64,000 bases of DNA from Phoronis australis (Eukaryota > Animalia > Phoronida). A program made the translations under genes and the position numbers. Below the pieces are notes generated by a model. That model saw only the letters and a program-made list of their open reading frames with translations, was not told the origin of the DNA and searched no databases. Every line of letters starts with the position of its first letter. Position 1 is the stretch's first letter. The DNA is taken from NCBI GenBank assembly GCA_002633005.1, contig NMRA01000006.1, positions 452,677 through 516,676 of the forward strand, written 5' to 3'. Shown here in pieces: positions 63,363-64,000 of this stretch.

Positions 63363-63557
63363 GAGAGAAGAAGGCTGAAGGTTTTTCATAACCGGATTCT
63401 CTGCAACACTTAGTTCTTGTTGGTAACCGCTAAAGATGAGTCGATGCATTACCGAGTCGCCCACCAGGTGGATGCTGGCGCCCATCACGAAGAGTATCAC
63501 CGTCAAGTAAGTAGCAGACGAAGGTAATCGGCGGGACGGCGGACTTCTTTCGATAAG
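63363..63557 (-). CDS. CLN6: CLN6 internal exon (195 bp); 5' exons lie beyond the window
   Basis: tttcag acceptor and gtgagt donor, phase 0/0. Reads [44 protein letters not shown]. Confidence 0.96.
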
Positions 63558-63916
63558 CTGAAATTTCAGCAATGTCCGCTGATGTCACAAATGCAGAACG
63601 GATTTCATTGTTTCATGATGCTGGTTACAACTGGTAACTAAAACGAGAACGTCTCAGTAACTCTGAAAATTTCAAGATTCTCATTTCTGTTCGTCGTTTC
63701 GGAAATTGTTTCAGAAAATCGAAAACGCAAGGGTGTCGACTTAACAAAACGCAACTTTACACGATGCTTAAATTTATTTATAAACCTCAATTCCATGATC
63801 GGCCACTTCGACACGAGGATCACAAATTCAACCGGATCTCTATTTTTTAATTTTAACGCGGCAATAAATCCGTTTTCCCTAAAAGTAAAATTGTATTTGA
63901 AACACGAACCTTTACG

Positions 63917-64000
63917 AAATTGGTCTCAAATCGTTCCTTTTTCAAATTGAAGATGATTCCAAGTCCTCGAAAAAACTAGCAGTTCATTAATGCTGGAGAC
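63917..64000 (+). repeat. Dispersed repeat family R2, truncated by window end
   Basis: AAATTGGTCTCAAATCGTTCCTT..GCAGTTCATTAATGCTGGAGAC matches 13681-13765. Confidence 0.7.

Overview
AT-rich, intron-rich animal genomic DNA from a draft assembly (a single N at 24525 and an N-gap at 55965-56073). It looks like a non-vertebrate bilaterian, but the species cannot be fixed from sequence alone. Two genes can be recognised, both on the minus strand. (1) A complete SKOR/CORL/fussel-family SKI corepressor: six coding exons at 19861-18584, 16668-16623, 15840-15757, 12198-12127, 10535-10449 and 8371-8259, phases consistent, about 559 aa, plus a candidate non-coding first exon and TATA promoter near 28.1 kb. 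(2) The last four exons of a CLN6 orthologue: 63557-63363, 63021-62966, 58893-58771 and 57700-57433. Between them lie two orphan coding candidates: a ~317-codon terminal exon at 49980-50933 and a 164-aa ORF with a degenerate DM-like Cys cluster at 54518-55012. The rest is dense in decayed transposons: a Kolobok-type element with a frameshifted THAP domain, hAT-like MITEs with 5- and 8-bp TSDs, tandem CWG-site Harbinger-like MITEs, an internally deleted Tc1, L2/CR1 LINE fragments, a tRNA-derived SINE, and a 2.2-kb CACGG-terminated element holding a 1.4-kb palindrome. I found no clearly supportable new biological system. The best leads are the SKOR-CLN6 linkage, the nested A-B-A'-B' foldback, in-window evidence that TACATGTA is a Tc1-type excision footprint, and the DM-like orphan ORF. 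All alignments and counts were done by eye.
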